Below the pieces are notes generated by a model. It was not told the DNA's origin. It worked only from the letters and a program-made list of their open reading frames with translations, and did not search any database. Of a DNA stretch of 64,000 nt, positions 1-8,102 are shown in pieces (the first letter of the stretch is position 1; each line of letters starts with the position of its first letter). The stretch is from a virus, in IMG/VR virus record IMGVR_UViG_3300020056_002227, positions 1-64,000 of that record. The stretch is one strand, 5' to 3'. The translations under genes were made by a program, and so were the position numbers.

Positions 1-358
1 TGATTGATTGCTGCCTTCCAATCTGTCGCTCCAAGTTAGTGATTTGTAATTCATTATTACCTCCAACCTTCACGGATTGCTCAATGTGAGCTTTTGACAA
101 ATAACCAAAAATACCCATGCTCGTAATGAACATGAGTACGAAAATAGTAAAGCTAAAATAAGTACGGACGAGATAATTGACACGATCCCATTCGTAATGT
201 AACCAGGCAGCAGATACGAGTTTACCAACCTCTAGAATACCAGCCATGATTACAACCGACAGGAATGCGCCGGAGAAAATTGTTGCAAGGCCTACAATAG
301 AGAAATAAGCTGCAACCGTTGCGATAGAAATCGCTGTTAAGAGTGTTAAGTATTTCAA
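1..358 (-). CDS. Conserved multi-TM membrane protein with coiled coil (partial, runs off window start)
   Basis: Hand translation from TTG at 358 after GAGGA: LKYLTLLTAISIATVAAYFSIVGLATIFSGAFLSVVIMAGILEVGKLVSAAWL...TSMGIFGYLSKAH; no stop before base 1. Confidence 0.8.
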   Translation of the reverse strand, partial: MKYLTLLTAISIATVAAYFSIVGLATIFSGAFLSVVIMAGILEVGKLVSAAWLHYEWDRVNYLVRTYFSFTIFVLMFITSMGIFGYLSKAHIEQSVKVGGNNELQITNLERQIGRQQSI

Positions 359-375
359 GACAAGTTCCTCTTGAC

Positions 376-822
376 TTAACGCCTCATTGCGGCATGATCT
401 TTTGCTTCTTGTTCGTCAATGATAGGAACGGCATTCGACTTATGAAGAGTCGAAATGCCTTTCACTAGAGTGCCTGTGTATTTTTGCGGCTCTCTTCGGG
501 GCGTTGGGTTTGTTGTTGATTGAGACGCATTGCTTCTCGACGTCGTGCAGTCTGCCGAAGGGTAGTTTGGTGTATTGCGCGTATACGCCTTGTTCGCTGT
601 CTCATAAGTTTTAAATTCCTTCTTAAGTTTGACTTTCCCGTAGGCATAGTCTATATATTCGTCGAGAGTTTTATACTGGCAGTCATGTAGATGATTCTGA
701 CGGCAGGCCTTATTGTAAGAACGCCATTCAGATTCAAGTTGAGCCATTTTGGTCTTTGTGAATTTAGGTTTGGGCTTTTTCGTATTAAGTGACGAATAAC
801 CCTTCAGTAAGTGCATTGTCAT
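376..822 (-). CDS. Conserved hypothetical T4-like phage protein
   Basis: 148 aa ORF; C-terminal YTGTLVKGISTLHKSNAVPI motif typical of marine myoviruses. Confidence 0.75.
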   Translation of the reverse strand: MTMHLLKGYSSLNTKKPKPKFTKTKMAQLESEWRSYNKACRQNHLHDCQYKTLDEYIDYAYGKVKLKKEFKTYETANKAYTRNTPNYPSADCTTSRSNASQSTTNPTPRREPQKYTGTLVKGISTLHKSNAVPIIDEQEAKDHAAMRR

Positions 823-837
823 AACAAATTACCTAAG

Positions 838-921
838 TGGTGGAGAGGGGTGGATTCGAACCACCGAAGCTTTCGCGTCAGATTTACAGTCTGATGGGTT
901 TAACCACTCCCCAACCTCTCC
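838..921 (-). tRNA. tRNA-Tyr(GUA)
   Basis: GGAGAGG...TCAGA-CTGTAAA-TCTGA anticodon arm, long variable arm, GGTTCGAATCC T arm, encoded CCA. Confidence 0.97.
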
Positions 922-925
922 AAAA

Positions 926-989
926 AGAACCCCAGCGCAGTGATGCCCCCTCATCCGTCGATGGGCAGGTCAACAGTGATAGGGTTCTA
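926..989 (-). ncRNA. Candidate structured RNA immediately 5' of tRNA-Tyr
   Basis: AGAACCCUA/UGGGGUUCU outer stem, inner UGCCC-AUC(GACG)GAU..GGGCA stem, two AUCACUG copies; GC-rich in an AT-rich genome. Confidence 0.4.
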
Positions 990-1145
990 AACTAGAGAAA
1001 TCCTCTTTTCTAAGATTTCAATTTCTTTATCTTTTCGCTTCTGCCACGCTTCTTGAGTGCGACCATTTTTCTCAAAGAACTTAGACTCTTTGAGACGAGC
1101 CAATGCACCTTCACGGCGCGTTCGAATTGCAAATTTACCTCTCAT
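987..1145 (-). CDS. Small basic hypothetical protein (52 aa)
   Basis: GGAG RBS; MRGKFAIRTRREGALARLKESKFFEKNGRTQEAWQKRKDKEIEILEKRISLV (below the ORF-track cutoff). Confidence 0.7.
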   Translation of the reverse strand: MRGKFAIRTRREGALARLKESKFFEKNGRTQEAWQKRKDKEIEILEKRISLV

Positions 1146-1159
1146 AATTGCTCCTTATT

Positions 1160-1234
1160 GAGGTGAGTGACACGGGATCCATATTCCATTTTGGGGGGTT
1201 ACAGGCAGGTTCACCTCCGTGTCACTCGTCCCCC
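1160..1234 (-). ncRNA. Candidate structured RNA or leader
   Basis: 11-bp perfect stem GAGUGACACGG/CCGUGUCACUC enclosing a ~41-nt region; directly downstream of a perfect sigma70 promoter. Confidence 0.45.
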
Positions 1235-1247
1235 TATTCAAAAAAGA

Positions 1248-1276
1248 ATTATAATACAAATGAATGAAAATGTCAA
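1248..1276 (-). promoter_or_regulatory. sigma70-type promoter
   Basis: TTGACA-N17-TATAAT. Confidence 0.85.
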
Positions 1277-1554
1277 GAAAAATATTCGTTATTTTTCTTA
1301 AGGTTCCATCTTTCAAGGATGGGGCCATTTTCGTCCTCGTCCGTGATAATGTAGGCCACGGTCTTTTTGACATTGGCATAACGGTATCCTCGCATGCCGC
1401 AAACACCCTCACCACCTACCCAAACAAGATGAGGATAATATTCACGGTTTCCGTCAAACTCCTCACAATTGTTTTCAGAATACTCGAAGTAGTTTCCAGT
1501 ATCCTTTTCTACAAAGCACCCGATAGGATCCTTAGTGTAGGTGTGGTATGCCAT
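1273..1554 (-). CDS. Hypothetical protein
   Basis: 93 aa ORF with AAGGAG RBS, co-oriented with neighbours. Confidence 0.7.
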   Translation of the reverse strand: MAYHTYTKDPIGCFVEKDTGNYFEYSENNCEEFDGNREYYPHLVWVGGEGVCGMRGYRYANVKKTVAYIITDEDENGPILERWNLKKNNEYFS

Positions 1555-1555
1555 A

Positions 1556-1699
1556 TTATTTCATCTCCTTAAGACGAGCCATGATGACGTCGACGTTACA
1601 AGCGTCGCAACATTCACCTTCTTCAGCTAGGGGGTAAGGGTTGTTACCCCACCCTTCGATCTCTTTGTCACACAAAACACACAACTCAGAATTTTCCAT
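1556..1699 (-). CDS. Small Zn-finger-like protein (47 aa)
   Basis: GGAGG RBS; MENSELCVLCDKEIEGWGNNPYPLAEEGECCDACNVDVIMARLKEMK. Confidence 0.8.
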   Translation of the reverse strand: MENSELCVLCDKEIEGWGNNPYPLAEEGECCDACNVDVIMARLKEMK

Positions 1700-1728
1700 A
1701 AAAGTGCCTCCATCTCAATTACAAGGTA

Positions 1729-1783
1729 ATTATCTCATGGCTAACGCTATGTGTCAACACTTTTCTTAGAATATTTTGGAATA
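1729..1783 (-). promoter_or_regulatory. sigma70-type early promoter with upstream 23-nt motif
   Basis: TTGACA-N17-GATAAT (1757-1729); upstream TATTCCAAAATATTCTAAGAAAA recurs at 47465-47487. Confidence 0.75.
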
Positions 1784-1786
1784 ATA

Positions 1787-2743
1787 TCAAATAATTTCGG
1801 GTTGGTATGGTAATAAGAAGTCTCTAATCGTTTCGTCTTCAAAGATTAGGTCTGGTAGTTGGTCGTGCGGATATGATTTAAGGAAATGGTTGGGCTCACC
1901 ACTAGGAGCAGGTTTACCAACGGCAGGCTCTGAATTCTCTAGCCAATCTTGGTATGACTTATCTCCGTAAGTCCTGCCGTTCCACTCACCGTGGGCATGA
2001 CAAAAAGATCTTGCCTTCAATCTCCTGGTTTTTCCATCACCCATCCAAGAAAAGTGCCATCCCATATCGGGTATAGGCTTTCCGTGTGAATGGGGTGCCT
2101 GGGATACCATCCCAGAATGTCCTGCTCGAATTTTAGTAAAACCAAATGTGGCTACTTTTCTTTTCGTTGCAAGGTAAGCCGAAGATGCCCATGGGTACCA
2201 ATCTCCCTTTTCACCTCGGCTAACATCCCATACTCTTAGATCTGCCCGTCCCTGTAAATATACTAGAGGTACCTTTATAAGAACATTGGGTGCACTAGAA
2301 TCTAAGCGTTTTGTAGTCTCTGCTACCCACCTTATGTGTATCGGGTTTATTATTTCATCAGCATCGCTGTTAATGAACACAGTATCGTCATCAAACATAT
2401 ACAATGCCTGCATGAGAGCGTCTCTGTGTGTTCTTTCACGGATTACAGCTAAAAGAGTTTTTTCATCTTCTGCGTTTCCACCAGAATTGTGGAAATCCAT
2501 CGGTACTGGCTTAAGCCATTTGGAATCATTAATGTGCAATGGTATGTAAATGATCTTATCCATAGGTAGATCAAATTCTTCAGCACACTCTAGGAATTGA
2601 AATGGTACAGGTTGACCGCTATGGGTCTTATTTGCCTCTACGATAACAAATTTATCGACGATATCTTTATACAGATTAATTCTTAGTTTTAAGAGTTCTT
2701 TATTGTAAGGAGCAAAGAACGGAAAGGTATCCACGATCTGCAT
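1787..2743 (-). CDS. Glycosyltransferase family 17-like (beta-1,4-GlcNAc transferase)
   Basis: DTFPFF..ELLKLRI..VDKFVIVEANKTHSG, SDADEI and GWHFSW motifs. Confidence 0.8.
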   Translation of the reverse strand: MQIVDTFPFFAPYNKELLKLRINLYKDIVDKFVIVEANKTHSGQPVPFQFLECAEEFDLPMDKIIYIPLHINDSKWLKPVPMDFHNSGGNAEDEKTLLAVIRERTHRDALMQALYMFDDDTVFINSDADEIINPIHIRWVAETTKRLDSSAPNVLIKVPLVYLQGRADLRVWDVSRGEKGDWYPWASSAYLATKRKVATFGFTKIRAGHSGMVSQAPHSHGKPIPDMGWHFSWMGDGKTRRLKARSFCHAHGEWNGRTYGDKSYQDWLENSEPAVGKPAPSGEPNHFLKSYPHDQLPDLIFEDETIRDFLLPYQPEII

Positions 2744-2752
2744 GTTATGTTT

Positions 2753-2908
2753 TTAATTCCTTTCTTTATCGATAGGATTATCATAGTAATCTGTAAGGCC
2801 TTTGCGCTGTCGTTGTTTCTTTTCTTCTATCATCAAACAAGATTCATAGCAAACACGTAGACCTATTGCAAAAACAACCACTGTTATAATTAATTCTAAT
2901 ACTATCAT
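2753..2908 (-). CDS. Small membrane protein (51 aa)
   Basis: MIVLELIITVVVFAIGLRVCYESC...GLTDYYDNPIDKERN; follows a promoter. Confidence 0.6.
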   Translation of the reverse strand: MIVLELIITVVVFAIGLRVCYESCLMIEEKKQRQRKGLTDYYDNPIDKERN

Positions 2909-2939
2909 AATAAAAAATCCCCGTGATAAAACATATTAT

Positions 2940-2968
2940 ATTCTATCACAGGGTGAGAGGCTTGTCAA
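2940..2968 (-). promoter_or_regulatory. sigma70-type promoter overlapping a terminator-like hairpin
   Basis: TTGACA-N17-TAGAAT; CCCTGTGATA...TATCACGGGG followed by a T-run. Confidence 0.7.
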
Positions 2969-3457
2969 CTATTTTTTTCTCTTTTCCATTAGTAACATAG
3001 CCTTGTCGTAATCTGCCTGATCAACAATACCCTCCCGAAGGAGCTTATCACGATTGACCAAATGTTTGGCTTGAATTTCTTCTTTACTTCCCCCAAAGTA
3101 AGCAACACAGTGACCTTCTTCAATCATCACATCTGTTACAGGCCTCCAAGCATCATTTTTGGCATCATACACATCAAAGTCACCAAGGATTCGACCGAAT
3201 TTACCTTTCATGTCTTCCCCATCTTTGGCAACTTGAGTTTTCAATACACAAGTCTTGCCGAGCAAAGCCTTAAGTCTATTCTTGGCTGCAATACCAAATA
3301 ATTTTTCGACCTTATCACTTGTCCGTGATTCGGGCGTGTCGATACCCATGATTCGAACCCTTTCGTCAGATAAGACGATACCGAATCCCAATTCAATGTC
3401 TACATCAACTGTATCACCATCAACAACACGATTAATCTTTGCTCTGTACTCGTACAT
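2969..3457 (-). CDS. Thermonuclease (SNase-like)
   Basis: RVVDGDTVDV, RVRIMGIDTPES, GKFGRILG. Confidence 0.9.
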   Translation of the reverse strand: MYEYRAKINRVVDGDTVDVDIELGFGIVLSDERVRIMGIDTPESRTSDKVEKLFGIAAKNRLKALLGKTCVLKTQVAKDGEDMKGKFGRILGDFDVYDAKNDAWRPVTDVMIEEGHCVAYFGGSKEEIQAKHLVNRDKLLREGIVDQADYDKAMLLMEKRKK

Positions 3458-3594
3458 TATTTTCCTTGTCCCCTGTATTTCTTTTTAGTTGAATTTTTTT
3501 TATTACAACGAGATCGCGGAGAATTACCAATCGAGGTCTTTTTCTTGACTCGACTTTGCTCAATCATTTTACTGATAATAGATTTCCCTGCCAT
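3457..3594 (-). CDS. Small basic conserved protein (45 aa)
   Basis: MAGKSIISKMIEQSRVKKKTSIG...KKKYRGQGK; TAATG coupling to the nuclease. Confidence 0.7.
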   Translation of the reverse strand: MAGKSIISKMIEQSRVKKKTSIGNSPRSRCNKKNSTKKKYRGQGK

Positions 3595-3599
3595 ATTAT

Positions 3600-3905
3600 T
3601 TATTCCTCTGGAAAGCCTTCTTGTACAAATACCCCAATCGTACCGATTTGACCATCAGTAAGATTCATGGCTTGTGGCCACATCATTTGAGATTGGGGGC
3701 CTACTATCTCACCGTTCTTATAGAGTGTGAGCTTGTTGATTATTTCATCAGCGGATTTATCGTAGAGTGTCGGACCAATTCCACCCTGTCCACGATCACC
3801 GTGACATGCAGAACATGCAACCCATGGTTGCCGAATATCATAGAATCTATCTGCGCTAGCCGGAAACGCAAAGAGAACGGATGCTAAAACAATTAAATAT
3901 TTCAT
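3600..3905 (-). CDS. Exported class I cytochrome c (c553-like)
   Basis: Signal peptide MKYLIVLASVLFAFPASA, CSACH heme motif, GQGGIGPTL, distal Met in SQMMW; GAGGT RBS before ATG 3905. Confidence 0.9.
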   Translation of the reverse strand: MKYLIVLASVLFAFPASADRFYDIRQPWVACSACHGDRGQGGIGPTLYDKSADEIINKLTLYKNGEIVGPQSQMMWPQAMNLTDGQIGTIGVFVQEGFPEE

Positions 3906-3916
3906 AGGGGATAACC

Positions 3917-4072
3917 TCATTTTGTGTCATAATAAATGCATGTATATGTATGACGACCTTCGGTCTCACTACATACCATGCAGCGCTTCTTTGGATCTTT
4001 GTAATCAAACTGTTTATGGTGTTTTTCTTCCCATACAGTTCGATCAGTTAATTTCTTTTCATCTTTAGTCAC
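3917..4072 (-). CDS. Small CxxC-H-C protein (51 aa)
   Basis: GTG start overlapping the glyA end; ...KRCMVCSETEGRHTYTCIYYDTK fills the gap between glyA and cytochrome c. Confidence 0.5.
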   Translation of the reverse strand: MTKDEKKLTDRTVWEEKHHKQFDYKDPKKRCMVCSETEGRHTYTCIYYDTK

Positions 4073-5210
4073 TTAAATACTGCACGATCTTTTTGGCCAA
4101 ATGTGCAAACCAAATCTCATCGTGCCCTCTAGTTGTCTCTGCGGCAGTGCCGATTCTTATACCAGATGTTTCCATGAATGGTCGTGGATCATTTGGTACA
4201 CCGTTCTTATTTACAGTAATTCCTCTGCTCTCGAGCTTATCTGCTGCCTCTCTACCAGAATATTTACTCTTACTCAAATCAAGCAATAGTATATGACTAT
4301 CGGTGCCATCAGTTAAAAGGTTAAATCCCCCATCTCTGAATACACCAGCCATTGCCTGGGCATTCTTAATAACTTGGGCTCCGTATTTTTCGAAGTCAAG
4401 GGTGGACGCCTCTACAAATGCTTGTGCTTTTGCAGCAATGATATTCATCAAAGGACCACCTTGTGTGCCAGGGAATACAGCACTATTGATTTTCTTTGTA
4501 TAATTCGAATCATTCCACAGGATGATTCCACCACGAGGTCCCCGCAGCGTTTTGTGTGTTGTCGAGGTCACAACATCAGCCCATTCAATTGGATTGTCGT
4601 AAACACCCGCTGCAATCAGACCAGAATAATGTGCCATATCTACCATCAATAGAGCACCTACTTGATCAGCAATGAATCTAAATGTCTCCCAATCAATCTG
4701 ACGAGGATAAGCAGAAGCACCGGCAATAATTAATCTTGGCCTATAGTTATATGCCAATTTCATGACTTCATCGTAATCAATATATCCGTTATGATCGACA
4801 CCATACGTTACAGCATCATAAATCTTACCAGACATATTGACCGGTGCACCATGGGAAAGGTGTCCACCAGACGCAAGGTCCATTCCTAGAATTCTGTCAC
4901 CAGGTCTCAGAAATGCTTGAAAGACAGCTGCATTTGCATTTGCACCAGAGTGAGGTTGAACATTGGCGTATTGACACCCATAAAGAGATTTGAGCTGTTC
5001 AATTGCGAAGGTCTCAATCTCATCCATATGATCACAGCCATTATAATAGCGACGACCAGGATATCCTTCTGCATATTTGTTTGTAAAGACAGAACCACAC
5101 AATGCCATTACTTCGTCACTTGCAAAATTCTCGCTTGCAATCAATTCTACTGTTGTCTGTTGGCGTTTCAGTTCTCTTTGCCAGATGCGGTCAATTTCAG
5201 GGTGCAACAA
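4065..5210 (-). CDS. glyA: Serine hydroxymethyltransferase
   Basis: ELIASENF, NKYAEGYPGRRYY, NVQPHSG, GGHLSHG, STTHKTLRGPRGG (PLP lysine), FPGTQGGP. Confidence 0.97.
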   Translation of the reverse strand: MLHPEIDRIWQRELKRQQTTVELIASENFASDEVMALCGSVFTNKYAEGYPGRRYYNGCDHMDEIETFAIEQLKSLYGCQYANVQPHSGANANAAVFQAFLRPGDRILGMDLASGGHLSHGAPVNMSGKIYDAVTYGVDHNGYIDYDEVMKLAYNYRPRLIIAGASAYPRQIDWETFRFIADQVGALLMVDMAHYSGLIAAGVYDNPIEWADVVTSTTHKTLRGPRGGIILWNDSNYTKKINSAVFPGTQGGPLMNIIAAKAQAFVEASTLDFEKYGAQVIKNAQAMAGVFRDGGFNLLTDGTDSHILLLDLSKSKYSGREAADKLESRGITVNKNGVPNDPRPFMETSGIRIGTAAETTRGHDEIWFAHLAKKIVQYLSD

Positions 5211-5224
5211 AATATTTTCTCCTA

Positions 5225-6523
5225 TTAGATTTTTTCGCCTGCTTCGAAGCCTCTAAATGTCTTGAATCTTGGAAACCGCAAAGAATACCCACCGTCTTGG
5301 TTTTGAGTAATCGCGTCACCTCTAACCTCTACCATATGACCAATAATAGAATCACGATTCTCCCAAAAATCATCCCTTTCGGCATCACTGAATCCACTGC
5401 CCACATTCACGCAGACCTGTCTACCGTCATCGATACCTTCACAGACGAGAGCACCAAGTCTCCCTTCATTTCTGCCAGTACCTTCCTCAACTTCTTTAAT
5501 TTCTAATGTGACCTCGATGAATGGCTTTGCCTTCAACCAAGCACGACCACGACTACATTCATAGGGTGCGTCAATATCTTTAATCATAACACCTTCATAG
5601 CCACCTTCTACTGCTGCTTTATTCAGAGCAACAAATCGATCTTGACCTTCGGTGGTATCTAAGTCCACAACTTCGTAGTCTAATGCTTCTACGTGTTTCA
5701 ATACATCTTTATTTTCATTTACCAATTTTTGTACGATGTCACTACGGAACGATTGGGGTTTATCCCAACCACCGGCCTGAAAATCTTCTAATGGTAGAAT
5801 ATCAAAAAGATGCAACACAGCATCGTCACTTTCTACGTTTTCTTTACGGTGTACCTGTTTCATTAAGTCTTGAAAATTTGCACTCATCACCTCGCCGTCC
5901 AAAACAAGAGGGTGGGGTGGTGGTTCATGTTTCCAAGCCTCACGAAGTTCATCACAAATGTGTTCAAAATTGTGAAATTGCTTACCGTTACGGCTAAACA
6001 TTTCGATCTTATCATCCTGAACAATTGTTATAACACGAACACCGTCAAGTTTGACTTCTATCTGCTTGACTCCAACCATTCGTTTTTCGTTCTTTGCACT
6101 ATCACTTGCAAGTGCACAGGTAAATCTTGGAACGGTTCCAGGTGCAACTTTATTTACAGTCTTTTCGCTTGCACCACATCGTAGATCCTTAATCAGAATT
6201 CGACGATACCAATCATTCCATTGTTCTTGTGTACTCTGTGCCATTGCAACAAGAATTGCATCTCGAGCCGCATGTCCGGTGAGAGACCTATCACTCAAAG
6301 AATTAGCCAAAGATAAGAAATCTTCCCAATCGAGGCCTTCGCCCGTAGGGTCTTTCTTTATCGGTACTTGCTTTACACCGAATGTAACCAAAGGATCTAG
6401 TGCCATTCTCAGGCCATCAAAAAACTCTGGATGACCTTCTTCATAAGCGGTACGAATAATATCCTCTTTATATAGACGGCTGTTGTCTAATTCCAATTGA
6501 CGAATGATGTGATCAGGTTGCAT
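5225..6523 (-). CDS. ATP-dependent DNA ligase (gp30-like)
   Basis: EVKLDGVR, LDGEV, GYEGVMIK, WLKAK, SLRFPRF. Confidence 0.95.
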   Translation of the reverse strand: MQPDHIIRQLELDNSRLYKEDIIRTAYEEGHPEFFDGLRMALDPLVTFGVKQVPIKKDPTGEGLDWEDFLSLANSLSDRSLTGHAARDAILVAMAQSTQEQWNDWYRRILIKDLRCGASEKTVNKVAPGTVPRFTCALASDSAKNEKRMVGVKQIEVKLDGVRVITIVQDDKIEMFSRNGKQFHNFEHICDELREAWKHEPPPHPLVLDGEVMSANFQDLMKQVHRKENVESDDAVLHLFDILPLEDFQAGGWDKPQSFRSDIVQKLVNENKDVLKHVEALDYEVVDLDTTEGQDRFVALNKAAVEGGYEGVMIKDIDAPYECSRGRAWLKAKPFIEVTLEIKEVEEGTGRNEGRLGALVCEGIDDGRQVCVNVGSGFSDAERDDFWENRDSIIGHMVEVRGDAITQNQDGGYSLRFPRFKTFRGFEAGEKI

Positions 6524-6773
6524 CAGCAAAACCAAACTCCTTCATAATATAATGACTTTGAACTTCTTTAAAAAAATCACGGTAATCACCGATATATTTA
6601 TCGTCCCACCAGATGTGTGGGATCTTTTGCATATCGACGTTTTCTGAACGAAGAAGACGATAGTTTTTCGAATATGTGATATCACGATATTCGTATTTTA
6701 AACCATACTTCTTAGCAAGGGCAACAGAGTCGTGGCAGAAACCACATTGAGGTGTACCATAAATTACTATCAT
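6513..6773 (-). CDS. Glutaredoxin
   Basis: IYGTPQCGFC, IPHIWW..YIG. Confidence 0.85.
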   Translation of the reverse strand: MIVIYGTPQCGFCHDSVALAKKYGLKYEYRDITYSKNYRLLRSENVDMQKIPHIWWDDKYIGDYRDFFKEVQSHYIMKEFGFADAT

Positions 6774-7108
6774 GGCTTCTTAGTTGAATCTTCCCATTCT
6801 CGTGCAAATTTGATTTTCTGCTCTTCCGACCATTCGACCAAATAATTATTATCTTCATCAAATGTCTCTAGCATCTGAGGCTCATCAATAATTGCTACAT
6901 CGATGATAGTTTCACCTAACCATTTTTGAGAGAACTCTTTGACCTCTTCGCAGGTTACAGAATCTTCCATCCACTGTTTTGCCAGTGTTTCATCAAGTTC
7001 TTTTTCTTCGTTCATGGCCTGTAAGGCCTCTGCGGGAATGAGATAGCGCTGTCTGAAAGAAGATACACAGGTTGCCAGTACGTATTTACCTTCAAGCTCT
7101 TTTTTCAT
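6770..7108 (-). CDS. Hypothetical protein
   Basis: 112 aa acidic ORF, GGAG RBS, own promoter. Confidence 0.75.
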   Translation of the reverse strand: MKKELEGKYVLATCVSSFRQRYLIPAEALQAMNEEKELDETLAKQWMEDSVTCEEVKEFSQKWLGETIIDVAIIDEPQMLETFDEDNNYLVEWSEEQKIKFAREWEDSTKKP

Positions 7109-7133
7109 AATATAGCTCCATGGTTAAAAAATC

Positions 7134-7162
7134 ATTATATCAGATAAAAAGTGTGTTGTCAA
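7134..7162 (-). promoter_or_regulatory. sigma70-type promoter
   Basis: TTGACA-N17-TATAAT with extended TG. Confidence 0.85.
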
Positions 7163-7169
7163 CACAAAT

Positions 7170-7307
7170 TTATAAAAACATTAATCCTATACAGAAACCA
7201 ATGTTTAAGCCTATAGAACACACCAGTACGAAATCTTTGGTAAAACTGGGTGGTTCAAACGTTATTATTTCCGGTTCTACTATTCTGTAGTCGCGTTTCC
7301 TTTTCAT
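7170..7307 (-). CDS. Small membrane protein
   Basis: MKRKRDYRIVEPE...FVLVCSIGLNIGFCIGLMFL; start uncertain. Confidence 0.5.
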   Translation of the reverse strand: MKRKRDYRIVEPEIITFEPPSFTKDFVLVCSIGLNIGFCIGLMFL

Positions 7308-7416
7308 TTGATTTAATAAGCACTCGTGTTCGTGGATCTGATCCAAAGTCTCGAGCATAGACGGTTTTACCTTTATCTGGGCTCTCGTAAATCTTTGGTA
7401 CGTTGTTGCCTTTCAT
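7255..7416 (-). CDS. Small conserved hypothetical protein
   Basis: GAGGAG RBS; IYESPDKGKTVYAR motif common in T4-like marine phages. Confidence 0.65.
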   Translation of the reverse strand: MKGNNVPKIYESPDKGKTVYARDFGSDPRTRVLIKSNEKETRLQNSRTGNNNV

Positions 7417-7429
7417 ATCAAACTCCTCA

Positions 7430-7672
7430 TCAAGTGTTTTTTGCATTATCAAGAATTTTACCCCATATGTATTCGGCCTCTGGAAATTCGACCATCTCAT
7501 CGACTTGCATATCAATATAGTCTAATTCGTCTAATGCAGCTGTCGTGACTTCGAGTTTCCACATATCATGGATTGCTCTTACAAATGCAGCATTATTGAA
7601 TGCCTGAGGCCCGAACTCTTTGAGAAAGTCCTCAAGCCGACTATATTCTTGTCTATCCTTTTTCTGGGGCAT
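7430..7672 (-). CDS. Hypothetical protein
   Basis: 80 aa ORF, AGGAG RBS. Confidence 0.65.
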   Translation of the reverse strand: MPQKKDRQEYSRLEDFLKEFGPQAFNNAAFVRAIHDMWKLEVTTAALDELDYIDMQVDEMVEFPEAEYIWGKILDNAKNT

Positions 7673-8102
7673 TTTTTATTTCTCCTTTCAACCAACCGAT
7701 ACGCTTACCGAGGTGTACTCGTCTGTCATATTCTTCTATAGAGCCTGGGTATCTCCAAGCCCAAACTAGCCAGAAGAGCATGAATAAACCAATGCTAACG
7801 GTAGCAATGGGTTTCAATTGGAGATAGAGAATCCAAACAAAACTAATCGTACAACATACAAGCATAACATACTTTGCTTTTGTTGGATAGACCCTCTTAT
7901 TCGTCCAATTCTGCACATATGGTCCAAAGGTTGGGTGTTCCCACACCCACTTTTCTAATCTAGGTGAACTCTTACTGAAACACCACAATGCTAGAAGAAG
8001 GAATGATGTTGTAGGAATGCCAGGTACAATTGCTCCGATGTAAGCCATACCTACTGATGCCAATCCCCCTGCTCTCCACAAATTTCTACGAATGTTCATC
8101 AA
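7653..8102 (-). CDS. YbaN (DUF454)-family inner-membrane protein
   Basis: [36 protein letters not shown] signature. Confidence 0.85.
   Translation of the reverse strand: MMNIRRNLWRAGGLASVGMAYIGAIVPGIPTTSFLLLALWCFSKSSPRLEKWVWEHPTFGPYVQNWTNKRVYPTKAKYVMLVCCTISFVWILYLQLKPIATVSIGLFMLFWLVWAWRYPGSIEEYDRRVHLGKRIGWLKGEIKNAPEKG

Noticed and set aside
1155-1415. 86-aa minus-strand ORF and 1264-1572 plus-strand ORF
   Set aside because: They cross a perfect promoter and a structured element and overlap a better-supported gene; no RBS or motif
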